Origin: Synechococcus elongatus PCC 6301
GTDB taxonomy: Bacteria; Cyanobacteriota; Cyanobacteriia; Synechococcales; Synechococcaceae
NCBI RefSeq assembly: GCF_000010065.1
Contig: NC_006576.1
Span: forward strand, 1,380,001-1,412,000
Direction: 5' to 3'
Length of the DNA stretch: 32,000 nt
Both the position numbers and the translations under genes were made by a program. Positions 1 through 8,867 of this stretch are shown here, in pieces. Each line of letters opens with the position of its first letter. The stretch's first letter is position 1. The notes beneath the pieces are model-generated. The model made no database searches. It saw nothing but the letters and a program-made list of their open reading frames with translations, and was not told the origin of the DNA.

Positions 1-2262
1 TGTTACCTGTCCGCTGAGTTTTTGATGGGTCGGCACCTCGAAAACTGCCTGATCAACCTGCATCTTCACGACCGCGTTCAGCAAGTTTTGGATGAACTGG
101 GTCTCGATTTTGAGCAACTGCTAGAGAAAGAGGAAGAACCCGGGCTAGGCAACGGTGGCCTCGGTCGCCTCGCAGCTTGTTTCCTCGACTCCATGGCTAC
201 CCTCGACATTCCTGCCGTCGGCTATGGCATTCGCTATGAGTTCGGTATCTTCCACCAAGAACTCCACAACGGCTGGCAGATCGAAATCCCCGATAACTGG
301 CTGCGCTTTGGCAACCCTTGGGAGCTAGAGCGGCGCGAACAGGCCGTGGAAATTAAGTTGGGCGGCCACACGGAGGCCTACCACGATGCGCGAGGCCGCT
401 ACTGCGTCTCTTGGATCCCCGATCGCGTCATTCGCGCCATCCCCTACGACACCCCCGTACCGGGCTACGACACCAATAACGTCAGCATGTTGCGGCTCTG
501 GAAGGCTGAGGGCACCACGGAACTCAACCTTGAGGCTTTCAACTCAGGCAACTACGACGATGCGGTTGCCGACAAAATGTCGTCGGAAACGATCTCGAAG
601 GTGCTCTATCCCAACGACAACACCCCCCAAGGGCGGGAACTGCGGCTGGAGCAGCAGTATTTCTTCGTCTCGGCTTCGCTCCAAGACATCATCCGTCGCC
701 ACTTGATGAACCACGGTCATCTTGAGCGGCTGCATGAGGCGATCGCAGTCCAGCTTAACGACACCCATCCCAGCGTGGCGGTGCCGGAGTTGATGCGCCT
801 CCTGATCGATGAGCATCACCTGACTTGGGACAATGCTTGGACGATTACACAGCGCACCTTCGCCTACACCAACCACACGCTGCTACCTGAAGCCTTGGAA
901 CGCTGGCCCGTGGGCATGTTCCAGCGCACTTTACCGCGCTTGATGGAGATTATCTACGAAATCAACTGGCGCTTCTTGGCCAATGTGCGGGCCTGGTATC
1001 CCGGTGACGACACGAGAGCTCGCCGCCTCTCCCTGATTGAGGAAGGAGCTGAGCCCCAGGTGCGCATGGCTCACCTCGCCTGCGTGGGCAGTCATGCCAT
1101 CAACGGTGTGGCAGCCCTGCATACGCAACTGCTCAAGCAAGAAACCCTGCGAGATTTCTACGAGCTTTGGCCCGAGAAATTCTTCAACATGACCAACGGT
1201 GTGACGCCCCGCCGCTGGCTGCTGCAAAGTAATCCTCGCCTAGCCAACCTGATCAGCGATCGCATTGGCAATGACTGGATTCATGATCTCAGGCAACTGC
1301 GACGGCTGGAAGACAGCGTGAACGATCGCGAGTTTTTACAGCGCTGGGCAGAGGTCAAGCACCAAAATAAGGTCGATCTGAGCCGCTACATCTACCAGCA
1401 GACTCGCATAGAAGTCGATCCGCACTCTCTCTTTGATGTGCAAGTCAAACGGATTCACGAATACAAACGCCAGCTCCTCGCTGTCATGCATATCGTGACG
1501 CTCTACAACTGGCTGAAGCACAATCCCCAGCTCAACCTGGTGCCGCGCACTTTTATCTTTGCGGGCAAAGCGGCCCCGGGTTACTACCGTGCCAAGCAAA
1601 TCGTCAAACTGATCAATGCGGTCGGGAGCATCATCAACCATGATCCCGATGTCCAAGGGCGACTGAAGGTCGTCTTCCTACCTAACTTCAACGTTTCCTT
1701 GGGGCAGCGCATTTATCCAGCTGCCGATTTGTCGGAGCAAATCTCAACTGCAGGGAAAGAAGCGTCCGGCACCGGCAACATGAAGTTCACCATGAATGGC
1801 GCGCTGACAATCGGAACCTACGATGGTGCCAACATCGAGATCCGCGAGGAAGTCGGCCCCGAAAACTTCTTCCTGTTTGGCCTGCGAGCCGAAGATATCG
1901 CCCGACGCCAAAGTCGGGGCTATCGACCTGTGGAGTTCTGGAGCAGCAATGCGGAACTGCGGGCAGTCCTCGATCGCTTTAGCAGTGGTCACTTCACACC
2001 GGATCAGCCCAACCTCTTCCAAGACTTGGTCAGCGATCTGCTGCAGCGGGATGAGTACATGTTGATGGCGGACTATCAGTCCTACATCGACTGCCAGCGC
2101 GAAGCTGCTGCTGCCTACCGCGATTCCGATCGCTGGTGGCGGATGTCGCTACTCAACACCGCGAGATCGGGCAAGTTCTCCTCCGATCGCACGATCGCTG
2201 ACTACAGCGAACAGATCTGGGAGGTCAAACCAGTCCCCGTCAGCCTAAGCACTAGCTTTTAG
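1..2262 (+). CDS. glgP: glycogen/alpha-glucan phosphorylase, 5' end cut by the window edge
   Basis: The frame is open from base 1 (CYLSAEFLMGRH...), so the ATG at 22 is internal. EKEEEPGLGNGGLGRLAACFLDS and the PLP-lysine motif TAGKEASGTGNMKF are GT35 phosphorylase signatures. Confidence 0.95.
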   Translation, partial: CYLSAEFLMGRHLENCLINLHLHDRVQQVLDELGLDFEQLLEKEEEPGLGNGGLGRLAACFLDSMATLDIPAVGYGIRYEFGIFHQELHNGWQIEIPDNWLRFGNPWELERREQAVEIKLGGHTEAYHDARGRYCVSWIPDRVIRAIPYDTPVPGYDTNNVSMLRLWKAEGTTELNLEAFNSGNYDDAVADKMSSETISKVLYPNDNTPQGRELRLEQQYFFVSASLQDIIRRHLMNHGHLERLHEAIAVQLNDTHPSVAVPELMRLLIDEHHLTWDNAWTITQRTFAYTNHTLLPEALERWPVGMFQRTLPRLMEIIYEINWRFLANVRAWYPGDDTRARRLSLIEEGAEPQVRMAHLACVGSHAINGVAALHTQLLKQETLRDFYELWPEKFFNMTNGVTPRRWLLQSNPRLANLISDRIGNDWIHDLRQLRRLEDSVNDREFLQRWAEVKHQNKVDLSRYIYQQTRIEVDPHSLFDVQVKRIHEYKRQLLAVMHIVTLYNWLKHNPQLNLVPRTFIFAGKAAPGYYRAKQIVKLINAVGSIINHDPDVQGRLKVVFLPNFNVSLGQRIYPAADLSEQISTAGKEASGTGNMKFTMNGALTIGTYDGANIEIREEVGPENFFLFGLRAEDIARRQSRGYRPVEFWSSNAELRAVLDRFSSGHFTPDQPNLFQDLVSDLLQRDEYMLMADYQSYIDCQREAAAAYRDSDRWWRMSLLNTARSGKFSSDRTIADYSEQIWEVKPVPVSLSTSF

Positions 2263-2312
2263 GAACTGAACCAAGATTTTTTGAAGAAATGTTGCGGATT
2301 TTGAGTTTTTGC

Positions 2313-2330
2313 GTTACATTGCTTAACAGC
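2313..2330 (+). promoter_or_regulatory. HLR1-like direct repeat (candidate RpaB site) upstream of the hli gene
   Basis: GTTACATT-GC-TTAACAGC. The first unit matches (G/T)TTACA(T/A)(T/A) 8/8 and the second 5/8, with a 2-nt spacer. It ends 31 nt upstream of the ATG at 2362. Confidence 0.5.
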
Positions 2331-2361
2331 TACCAAACCACCCCGTAGGGAGGTCCCTGTC

Positions 2362-2505
2362 ATGTCTGAGCAAAATACCAAGTTTGGTTTCACCGCATTC
2401 GCAGAAACCTGGAATGGCCGTCTGGCTATGATCGGGTTCGTGGTTGGTTTGGCCACCGAATTGCTGACCGGCCAAGGCATCCTGTCTCAAATTGGCCTGC
2501 TGTAG
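2362..2505 (+). CDS. high-light-inducible protein (HLIP/Scp, one-helix CAB-like), 47 aa
   Basis: Not in the ORF track (<60 aa). Translation is MSEQNTKFGFTAFAETWNGRLAMIGFVVGLATELLTGQGILSQIGLL, containing the chlorophyll-binding ExxNGRxAMxGF motif. GGGAGG SD at 2348-2353; strong terminator follows. Confidence 0.9.
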   Translation: MSEQNTKFGFTAFAETWNGRLAMIGFVVGLATELLTGQGILSQIGLL

Positions 2506-2544
2506 ATTTCCATTCCCAGTCAGTAGTCAGAGAGCAATACCGTT

Positions 2545-2571
2545 AAACCCTGCCCACGCGGGGTTTTTTTT
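2545..2571 (+). terminator. intrinsic terminator of the hli gene
   Basis: Stem CCCTGC (2548-2553) pairs with GCGGGG (2558-2563) around loop CCAC, extendable by AAA/TTT. A run of 8 T follows (2564-2571). Confidence 0.8.
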
Positions 2572-2606
2572 ATGGGCGATCGCAGACGCGTCCGTAAGAT
2601 GAAGGG

Positions 2607-3719
2607 GTGATGTTGGCCATCGCCTCAATGCTGATCAATTTACTGTTCTTGCTGCTCGGTTTAGTTATCCTCGTTGCCGGAGCTGAGTTTTTAGTCCGCG
2701 GAGCCTCAAAACTGGCGGCACTCGTGGGGTTATCACCACTCATCATTGGCCTCACTGTGGTGGCCTACGGGACGAGCGCTCCAGAGCTCGCAGTCAGTAT
2801 TCAGGCGGTTCTGGAGGGCTCCAACGATATTTCGCTCGGGAATGTGGTGGGCAGCAACATCTTCAATGTGTTGTTTATTCTCGGGATCTCGGCCTTAATC
2901 ACACCCCTACAGGTGGCGCAACAGTTGGTTCGGCTCGATGTGCCGATCATGATTGCCACGGCAGGATTGGTCTATGGGATGGCCCTAGATGGTCGGATCA
3001 GCCGCCTCGATGGCATTGTCTTGGTGGTGTTGGGCGTTCTCTACACCGTTTTCCAAGTTCGCCAGGGGGGAGAAGAACCTGACCCAGAGGTTCAGGCGGA
3101 ATATGCCGAGGAATATGGATTGGGCGATCGCCCACCCCTATGGCAGCAACTCTTGCTAATCGCAGCTGGTCTGGGGCTCCTGATCCTCGGGGCAAAGCTC
3201 CTGATTGATAATTCTGTCGCGGTTGCTCGCACCTTGGGCATCAGCGAACTGCTGATTGGTTTGACCATCGTTGCAGCCGGTACTTCGCTCCCTGAGCTGG
3301 CAACTTCCGTTGTAGCGAGCTTGAAAGGCGAACGGGATATCGCTGTTGGCAACGTCGTCGGCAGCAACATTTTCAACATCCTGATCGTGTTAGGTGTGGC
3401 CGCGATCATCGCCAGCAATGGCGTCTTAGTGGATGCTCAGGCCGCCAAAGTCGACCTACCAGTGATGGTGGGCATCTCGCTGTTATGTCTGCCTATCTTC
3501 TTTAGCGGCTTCATCATCAGCCGCTGGGAAGGCATTCTCTTGCTGGGAGCTTACAGCGCCTATTTTGCAGAACTGGTCCTTCAAGAGCTCCAGAATCCTT
3601 TGCTGCTCAGCCTGCGCTGGGTGCTGGTCCTCATCATCGTGCCCATGGCCACAATCACCACGGTTAGTGCCGCCTATCAGGCCTGGCGGAAACTCCCCTC
3701 CAGTCGCTCTCAGTCCTAG
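2607..3719 (+). CDS. Ca2+/Na+ (cation/Ca2+) antiporter, CaCA family, YrbG-like
   Basis: Two alpha-repeats, GTSAPEL...GNVVGSNIFNVL and GTSLPEL...GNVVGSNIFNIL, in a polytopic membrane protein. GTG at 2607 is immediately followed by ATG at 2610; either could be the start. Confidence 0.9.
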   Translation: MMLAIASMLINLLFLLLGLVILVAGAEFLVRGASKLAALVGLSPLIIGLTVVAYGTSAPELAVSIQAVLEGSNDISLGNVVGSNIFNVLFILGISALITPLQVAQQLVRLDVPIMIATAGLVYGMALDGRISRLDGIVLVVLGVLYTVFQVRQGGEEPDPEVQAEYAEEYGLGDRPPLWQQLLLIAAGLGLLILGAKLLIDNSVAVARTLGISELLIGLTIVAAGTSLPELATSVVASLKGERDIAVGNVVGSNIFNILIVLGVAAIIASNGVLVDAQAAKVDLPVMVGISLLCLPIFFSGFIISRWEGILLLGAYSAYFAELVLQELQNPLLLSLRWVLVLIIVPMATITTVSAAYQAWRKLPSSRSQS

Positions 3720-4030
3720 CAGATTTGGCCGCTTGGCTCACGTGGATCAACCGCTCGCTCAAGCATGAGCTGCCAGAGGCGAGCGGAGCCGTCAACTCTA
3801 GCAACCTGCAAGTCGGTTAGGACGCTTGAGTAGAGGAATTTGCTGAGGGTCAACAGCCTCCGTCCTTGGGGCTGATTCGTTCGAGCGCCAACGATCTCAT
3901 CGCTCTGCTGAGTGCAATAGCCACAAGAAGAGAACAAGCGCAAGCCCAAGCACTAGCAGTCCTCACTCGATTGGAGAATGCAATCAGTGGACAATCGCTG
4001 CTATTCCTGTTGCTACCGCTGCGAACCGTT

Positions 4031-5398
4031 CTAATCTTGCAATTCGAGGAGTGCGACTGTCTCAACATGGGCGGTCTGCGGGAAGAAATCTAGGGGTTGC
4101 ACGAGCAATAGACGATAGCGATCGCCCGCACAGAGGGCTTGGAGATCGCGGGCCAGGGTTGCAGGGTTGCAGCTCACGTAGGCAATGCGTTGCGGTTGGC
4201 GATCGCGCAGCACTTCAATCACCGCTGGTTCGCAGCCTTTGCGCGGCGGATCTAGAAGAACAGCATCGGGAGACTCGGGAATTTGCGCGAGTAAGATCTC
4301 GACCGCACCCGCCCGAAATTCAACATTGCTGATGCCATTGCGATCAGCATTTTGTTGCGCTTGCACCACCGATTCCGGCAGGATTTCTAGCCCCAGCACT
4401 GACCCTACCTCACTGGCCAAAGGCAGGGTTAATGTCCCGACGCCGCAGTAGAGATCGAAGAGGCGATCGCTGCCCCGCAAAAAGTCTTTGAGGATTGGCA
4501 GCAGGCGCTCTGCTTGCTCTGTATTGACTTGGAAAAAGGTCTCCGGTCCGATTGCAAATTCCAAATCGTCCAAACACTCAATCAGATAAGGACGACCCGC
4601 TAAACAATGGGTCTCGTCACCCAGAATGCGATTGCCGTGGCTGGGATTGAGGTTGAGGCAAACCCCGACCACATTGGGATAGTCGGTCAGCCACTGTTCT
4701 GCTTGAGCTTCCACCTCTGGCAACTGATCGTCGGTAGCAATCAAAGTGATCAGGATCTCACCGGTACGCTGACCGATGCGCAGTCCCAAATGCCGGAGGC
4801 CACGCGATCGGGTCTGCTCGTCATAGATCGGCCAATCCCGAGCTGCAATATCAGCCTTGATGCCTGCGAGCAGCGGATTCAAGCGGTCATCTTGTACCGG
4901 ACACTGATTGAGGTTGATCAGGCGGTGGCTGCCTTTACGGAAGTAGCCCGCTTGCACCTCCCCGCGATCGCTGCGCCGGAGCGGATAGCTGACCTTGTTG
5001 CGATAGCCCAGCGGATAGGGAGCTGCAATCGTCGGTTGAACTTCCGTCTCGAGTTGCCCCAACCGTTGCATGGCGTCTTGGACAATCACCGTTTTTGCCT
5101 CAACTTGGGCAGGGTAGTCCACGGTTTGCCACTGACAGCCACCGCACTTATCCGCAACGATGCAGGCCGGTCGAATCCGATCCGGTGATGCCTCCAGCAC
5201 TCCTTCTAGCTCGGCACGGGCATAACGCGATCGCACCTGCAGCAGCTTGGCTTGAATGCGATCGCCCGGCACCGTATCGGGCACAAAAACCACGCGTCCC
5301 TCTACGCGCCCGAGGCCGTCGCCGCTGTCACAGAGCGACTCGATCGTCAGGCTGAGGCGATCGCCCTGACGCCAAGTAAGCACGGCAGAAGAAGACAT
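4031..5398 (-). CDS. rlmD: 23S rRNA (uracil-C5)-methyltransferase, RlmD/RumA family
   Basis: N-terminal TRAM-like domain, Cys cluster ([13 protein letters not shown]), SAM-MTase motif DLYCGVGT and catalytic region [11 protein letters not shown]. Confidence 0.9.
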   Translation of the reverse strand: MSSSAVLTWRQGDRLSLTIESLCDSGDGLGRVEGRVVFVPDTVPGDRIQAKLLQVRSRYARAELEGVLEASPDRIRPACIVADKCGGCQWQTVDYPAQVEAKTVIVQDAMQRLGQLETEVQPTIAAPYPLGYRNKVSYPLRRSDRGEVQAGYFRKGSHRLINLNQCPVQDDRLNPLLAGIKADIAARDWPIYDEQTRSRGLRHLGLRIGQRTGEILITLIATDDQLPEVEAQAEQWLTDYPNVVGVCLNLNPSHGNRILGDETHCLAGRPYLIECLDDLEFAIGPETFFQVNTEQAERLLPILKDFLRGSDRLFDLYCGVGTLTLPLASEVGSVLGLEILPESVVQAQQNADRNGISNVEFRAGAVEILLAQIPESPDAVLLDPPRKGCEPAVIEVLRDRQPQRIAYVSCNPATLARDLQALCAGDRYRLLLVQPLDFFPQTAHVETVALLELQD

Positions 5399-5542
5399 AA
5401 GCTGGCCCGAGGAAGAGTCCTGACTTCTATTGTCAGTCGCCAGAGGTTTGTTGTTAAACGTTACAAGCCTCTCAGGACTTGTTCGGGAGCGCCCCTCCAG
5501 TCGCTACACTACTCAACATCGCTAACAAACACACCGCCGATC

Positions 5543-6034
5543 ATGACCATCGTTAGCCAGGTAATCCTCAAAGCGGACGACGAGCTGCGCTATCCCAGTG
5601 GCGGCGAACTCAAAAACATCACTGATTTCTTCAAAACCGGTGAGCAGCGCCTCCGTATCGCTCAGGTCCTGAGCGACAGCGAGAAAAAAATTGTGGACCA
5701 AGCCAGCCGCAAACTGTGGCAGCGTCGGCCCGACTTCATTGCCCCCGGGGGTAACGCCTACGGTCAACGTCAACGGGCCCAGTGCCTGCGCGACTACGGC
5801 TGGTACCTTCGCCTGATCACCTACGGTGTGCTGGCTGGCGACAAAGAGCCGATCGAAAGCATTGGTCTGCTCGGTGCCCGCGAAATGTACAACTCTTTGG
5901 GTGTCCCCCTGCCCGGGATGGCAGAAGCCATTCGCACCCTCAAGGAAGCGTCTCTGGCCCTGCTCAGTAGTGCAGATGCCACGGTTGCGGCTCCCTACTT
6001 CGACTTCTTGATTCAAGGCATGGAGACGATCTAG
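5543..6034 (+). CDS. apcD: allophycocyanin alpha-B subunit (ApcD-type)
   Basis: [24 protein letters not shown]...[37 protein letters not shown] is an allophycocyanin alpha-like sequence with the bilin Cys. The tracked ORF start at 5252 overlaps rlmD and is rejected; ATG at 5543 gives 163 aa. Confidence 0.9.
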
Positions 6035-6071
6035 GCCCCTTGGCGATCGCCTCAATCCATTGGCTGAACTG

Positions 6072-6116
6072 AAAGCGATCGGCTGCAGGGCTCTGGCTTC
6101 TGGGTCGATCGCTTTT
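6072..6116 (+). terminator. possible apcD terminator hairpin
   Basis: AAAGCGATCG (6072-6081) pairs with CGATCGCTTT (6106-6115), a 10-bp stem around a 24-nt loop, ending in a T-rich tail. The large loop makes it atypical. Confidence 0.4.
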
Positions 6117-6188
6117 CCCGTCAATTCCTTCGTGCAGCGGGCAATTGGTCCCCAGCCGTAGGTCAGTTAGGCTCTTGCGGTAAGAATT

Positions 6189-6554
6189 GTGCGAATGACA
6201 GTGGGGATTTTGGGCGTGGGAAGATGGCTTGTCCTAGGCTTGCTGGTGATTGGCCTCAGTGTAGTGAATCCGGCGCGGGCGATCGCGGCAGATCTGCAAG
6301 TTGGGGCTAGGCTGTTCCAAAGCAACTGCACCACCTGCCATTTGAATGGTGGCAACGTTATCAATGGTCAGAAAACCCTGCGGCAAGAAGCCCTACGCCG
6401 CTATGGTATGGATTCTGTCGCTGCGATTCAGAAGCAAGTGACCTATGGCAAAAATGCCATGCCAGCCTTTGGGCAACGCCTCAGCCCTGAGCAAATTGAG
6501 GCTGTGGCCACCTACGTCTTCGATCGTGCGGAGCGGGGCTGGACCGCACTCTAG
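6189..6554 (+). CDS. cytochrome c6-family c-type cytochrome with signal peptide
   Basis: Signal-like N-terminus ending ARAIA/ADLQ, haem motif CTTCH, axial Met context GKNAMPAF, C-terminal GW. Start is GTG 6189 or ATG 6195. Confidence 0.85.
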   Translation: MRMTVGILGVGRWLVLGLLVIGLSVVNPARAIAADLQVGARLFQSNCTTCHLNGGNVINGQKTLRQEALRRYGMDSVAAIQKQVTYGKNAMPAFGQRLSPEQIEAVATYVFDRAERGWTAL

Positions 6555-6557
6555 ATT

Positions 6558-7742
6558 GTGATGACCAACGCAGCACTGCTCTGGTTATTGGGCTTCTTTG
6601 GCAGCTTTGGCCACTGTGCCGGTATGTGTGGTCCTCTGTCGCTCGCCATGCAGCTCTCTCAGTCCCAGCGCGATCGCTGGCGCTTCCCACTGCTGCTCAA
6701 CCTAGGGCGGATTGCCAGCTATGCCCTCGTTGGGGCTGTGCTGGGCAGCCTGGGATCGATTCTTTCCTTGGGCGGTGAATTGGCCGGTCTGGGTAGCGGT
6801 CTCCGCGATGGCCTGACGGTGCTCACAGGTTTAGCTCTGATCTGCTTTGGCCTCAGTCATCTCCTCCCTCAGACTTTGCCGCGCTATCTACCGGGCTATG
6901 GGCGTGGTCGTCGCTGGTTAGAAGCCCATCTGCCTGCTTTGTGGCAGCGTTTAAATCAACGATTACATTGGACGACGCCGCTGGCCTTGGGGAGCCTCTG
7001 GGGTCTGATGCCCTGTGGGTTTCTCTATGCCGCGCAGTTGCAGGCTGCTGCTGCTGCATCTTGGCAGGGTGGCGCCCTCGGCATGATCTGGTTTGGACTG
7101 GGCACCCTGCCGGTGATGTTGGGTTTTGGACTACTGGTAGAACAGTGGTCCCACGATCGCCGCAGTCAGTTGCAGCGAATGGCAGCGGTGATCAGCATCG
7201 CCGTCGGCGCAATGACGCTTTGGCGCAGTGGCGACCCGATGGGCGACTGGAGTGGTTACGCGGCGCTGATCTGTTTGGCCATAGCCCTACTGGCGCGATC
7301 GCTGGCACCCTTGTGGTCGGCTCCTCTGCGCTATCGCCGCTTTTGGGGTGTCAGTGGCCTGACTTTGGCGGTGCTACACAGCGCTCAGCAGCTCGAACAT
7401 CGCTTTGGCTGGCGTCCCGAAGCCTGGCAATTTCTCTCGCCCTTGGCTCGCTGGGGCCTTGGAGCTGGCGTCGTTGCTGTCCTGTTGCTGTTGCCGCTGG
7501 GCTTCACGAGTAGCGATCGCTGGCAACGTCGCTTGGGGGCAGGCTGGCCGCGGTTGCATCAATTGGCGATTCCCGCCTTTGGCCTCGCAACGGTCCATGC
7601 CAGCCTGCTGTTGTGGGGCGGGGGCGTGGCGGGCGATGCTGCTGCCCAACCCTTCCTGGCGATCGCGATCGCGATCTCAGCTGTCAGTGTCTTGATCTTC
7701 CGTCATCAGCCTTGTTGGCAGGTGCATTCCAAGGAGTCTTAA
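6558..7742 (+). CDS. polytopic membrane fusion protein: DsbD_2/UreH-like Cys-motif transporter domain plus ferric-reductase/MsrQ-like domain
   Basis: N-half has GHCAGMCGP in TM1 and LMPCGFLY in a later TM. C-half has RRFWGVSGLTLAVLHS...WPRLHQLAIPAFGLATVHASLL, with conserved His resembling YedZ/ferric-reductase haem-b ligands. Domain names are from memory. It starts 3-6 nt after the cytochrome stop. Confidence 0.7.
   Translation: MMTNAALLWLLGFFGSFGHCAGMCGPLSLAMQLSQSQRDRWRFPLLLNLGRIASYALVGAVLGSLGSILSLGGELAGLGSGLRDGLTVLTGLALICFGLSHLLPQTLPRYLPGYGRGRRWLEAHLPALWQRLNQRLHWTTPLALGSLWGLMPCGFLYAAQLQAAAAASWQGGALGMIWFGLGTLPVMLGFGLLVEQWSHDRRSQLQRMAAVISIAVGAMTLWRSGDPMGDWSGYAALICLAIALLARSLAPLWSAPLRYRRFWGVSGLTLAVLHSAQQLEHRFGWRPEAWQFLSPLARWGLGAGVVAVLLLLPLGFTSSDRWQRRLGAGWPRLHQLAIPAFGLATVHASLLLWGGGVAGDAAAQPFLAIAIAISAVSVLIFRHQPCWQVHSKES
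7659..7676. repeat. (GCGATC)x3, two overlapping HIP1 octamers
   Basis: gcgatcgcgatcgcgatc, read directly; it encodes AIAIAI inside the membrane-protein CDS. Example of the window-wide HIP1 enrichment. Confidence 0.95.
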
Positions 7743-8320
7743 TGCTGGATTTCGTTTTACTGCCGCCGGTTCTGGCCCACCAGATCCAAATCGATCAGGC
7801 GGTAGCCGGTACCCTGCACCTCGAACCCAATGACCAGCCGCAGGCCGGCGCGGTGACGCCAACCTGGATTGCCCTGCGGCGACCCGGAGGCATGGAAATT
7901 GCGGCGAAGGACTGTAATTGTCAGCTCCAGTTGTTCAACGCCCAGACAGGCACGCAGACCCAGCTAGCGATCGTGCCATTGTCGGTGGCCCCCGGTACAG
8001 TTGCTGCTGAAATTACCTTTCCGACTGTTGGACAATATGAGCTGCGGCTCCGGGGCGAGCCCTCAGCAACAGCTGAGACGCGCTTCAGCCCCTTTCAGAT
8101 TCGCTTTCCCGTAACCGTGGCGATCGCGGCAACTCCTACACCAGAATCCTCTGAGCCAGCCCCTTCATCCGAAGCGCCACCCGAAGCAGCACCGTCAGCC
8201 AGCCTCTCCCCTCGCCCTTGGAGCCGGATTTTGATCTCGGTCGGTCTAGGCTTGGGTCTGTTAGCAGCCCTCGCTGCCGGAGTCTGGCTGATTTTGAAAC
8301 GCGATCGCGAGGCAAACTAA
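7742..8320 (+). CDS. hypothetical extracytoplasmic protein with Pro/Ser/Glu-rich linker and C-terminal TM anchor
   Basis: The ATG overlaps the upstream TAA (TAATG), and AAGGAG at 7731-7736 is a strong SD. Hydrophobic N-terminus MLDFVLLPPVLA then HQIQ; beta-rich body; C-terminal ILISVGLGLGLLAALAAGVWLIL then KRDR. The tracked start at 7613 lies inside the upstream gene and is rejected. Confidence 0.7.
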   Translation: MLDFVLLPPVLAHQIQIDQAVAGTLHLEPNDQPQAGAVTPTWIALRRPGGMEIAAKDCNCQLQLFNAQTGTQTQLAIVPLSVAPGTVAAEITFPTVGQYELRLRGEPSATAETRFSPFQIRFPVTVAIAATPTPESSEPAPSSEAPPEAAPSASLSPRPWSRILISVGLGLGLLAALAAGVWLILKRDREAN

Positions 8321-8327
8321 AGGTTGC

Positions 8328-8867
8328 TTAAAAGCCTGCTATCGCGTAGGCACTCCCCATCGGAACCGTCCAGCTCCAGCACAGCCACCCCGCCACCACA
8401 ATCAAGGGAATCGCGATCGCCAGCATGCCGTGATGACTTTGAACCACCCGTTGTTCGTGCTGCAGAATCGCCTCACGAATTCTGAGTTGCATTTCCAATT
8501 GCAGCCGAGCGAGCTCAGCCTCAAACGAGGATTCATAGAGCAACTTACTGAGGCGATCGCAATGCGCCGCCCCTAAAATCGCTGTCGCATGCAAAGAGTC
8601 TTGCAGCAGGCTTAGTAACTCAGTGCGCTGAATCTCCAGCAGGAGACATTCACTCCGGGCCTGGGCAGTTGCCGTGCGAGGACGACCATCGACTAACTCC
8701 ATCTCTCCTAGGAGCTGTCCAGGCTTGAACGTTTGCTCAACCACCTGTCCAGTCTCTGGATAGAAACTAGTGACTTCAATCTCACCAGCCCGGACTAAAA
8801 AAATGGAGTTGCTGTTGTCACCCTCACGATAAATACAGGCACCAGCAGAAATCCGATGCTTTTCCAC
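8328..8867 (-). CDS. cyclic-nucleotide-binding domain protein with C-terminal TM segment (paralog A)
   Basis: Phosphate-binding-cassette-like GEMELVDGRPRTATAQA, then a coiled-coil-like ELARLQLEMQLRIREAILQHE, then hydrophobic tail MLAIAIPLIVVAGWLCW. Confidence 0.8.
   Translation of the reverse strand: MEKHRISAGACIYREGDNSNSIFLVRAGEIEVTSFYPETGQVVEQTFKPGQLLGEMELVDGRPRTATAQARSECLLLEIQRTELLSLLQDSLHATAILGAAHCDRLSKLLYESSFEAELARLQLEMQLRIREAILQHEQRVVQSHHGMLAIAIPLIVVAGWLCWSWTVPMGSAYAIAGF

Noticed and set aside
386-2065. Multiple 80-110-aa ORFs on both strands inside glgP (for example 386-706 +, 544-876 -, 1336-1656 -).
   Set aside because: They lie entirely within, or antisense to, a gene with unmistakable phosphorylase motifs. 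Their translations are low-complexity Arg/Ser/Pro/Ala-rich, typical of off-frame reads in GC-rich, HIP1-rich DNA.
4607-5188. 193-aa plus-strand ORF antisense to rlmD.
   Set aside because: It is fully embedded antisense to a well-supported methyltransferase gene and has no recognisable motifs.
5252-5542. N-terminal extension of the apcD ORF (tracked as 260 aa).
   Set aside because: The extension overlaps the rlmD start region on the other strand and has no phycobiliprotein similarity. The ATG at 5543 gives the canonical MTIVSQVI... N-terminus and the expected length of about 160 aa.
6941-7513. 190-aa alternative-frame ORF inside the membrane fusion gene.
   Set aside because: It is on the same strand in a different frame, with an Arg/Trp/Gly-rich nonsense-like translation. 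The primary frame shows coherent TM segments and conserved Cys/His motifs.
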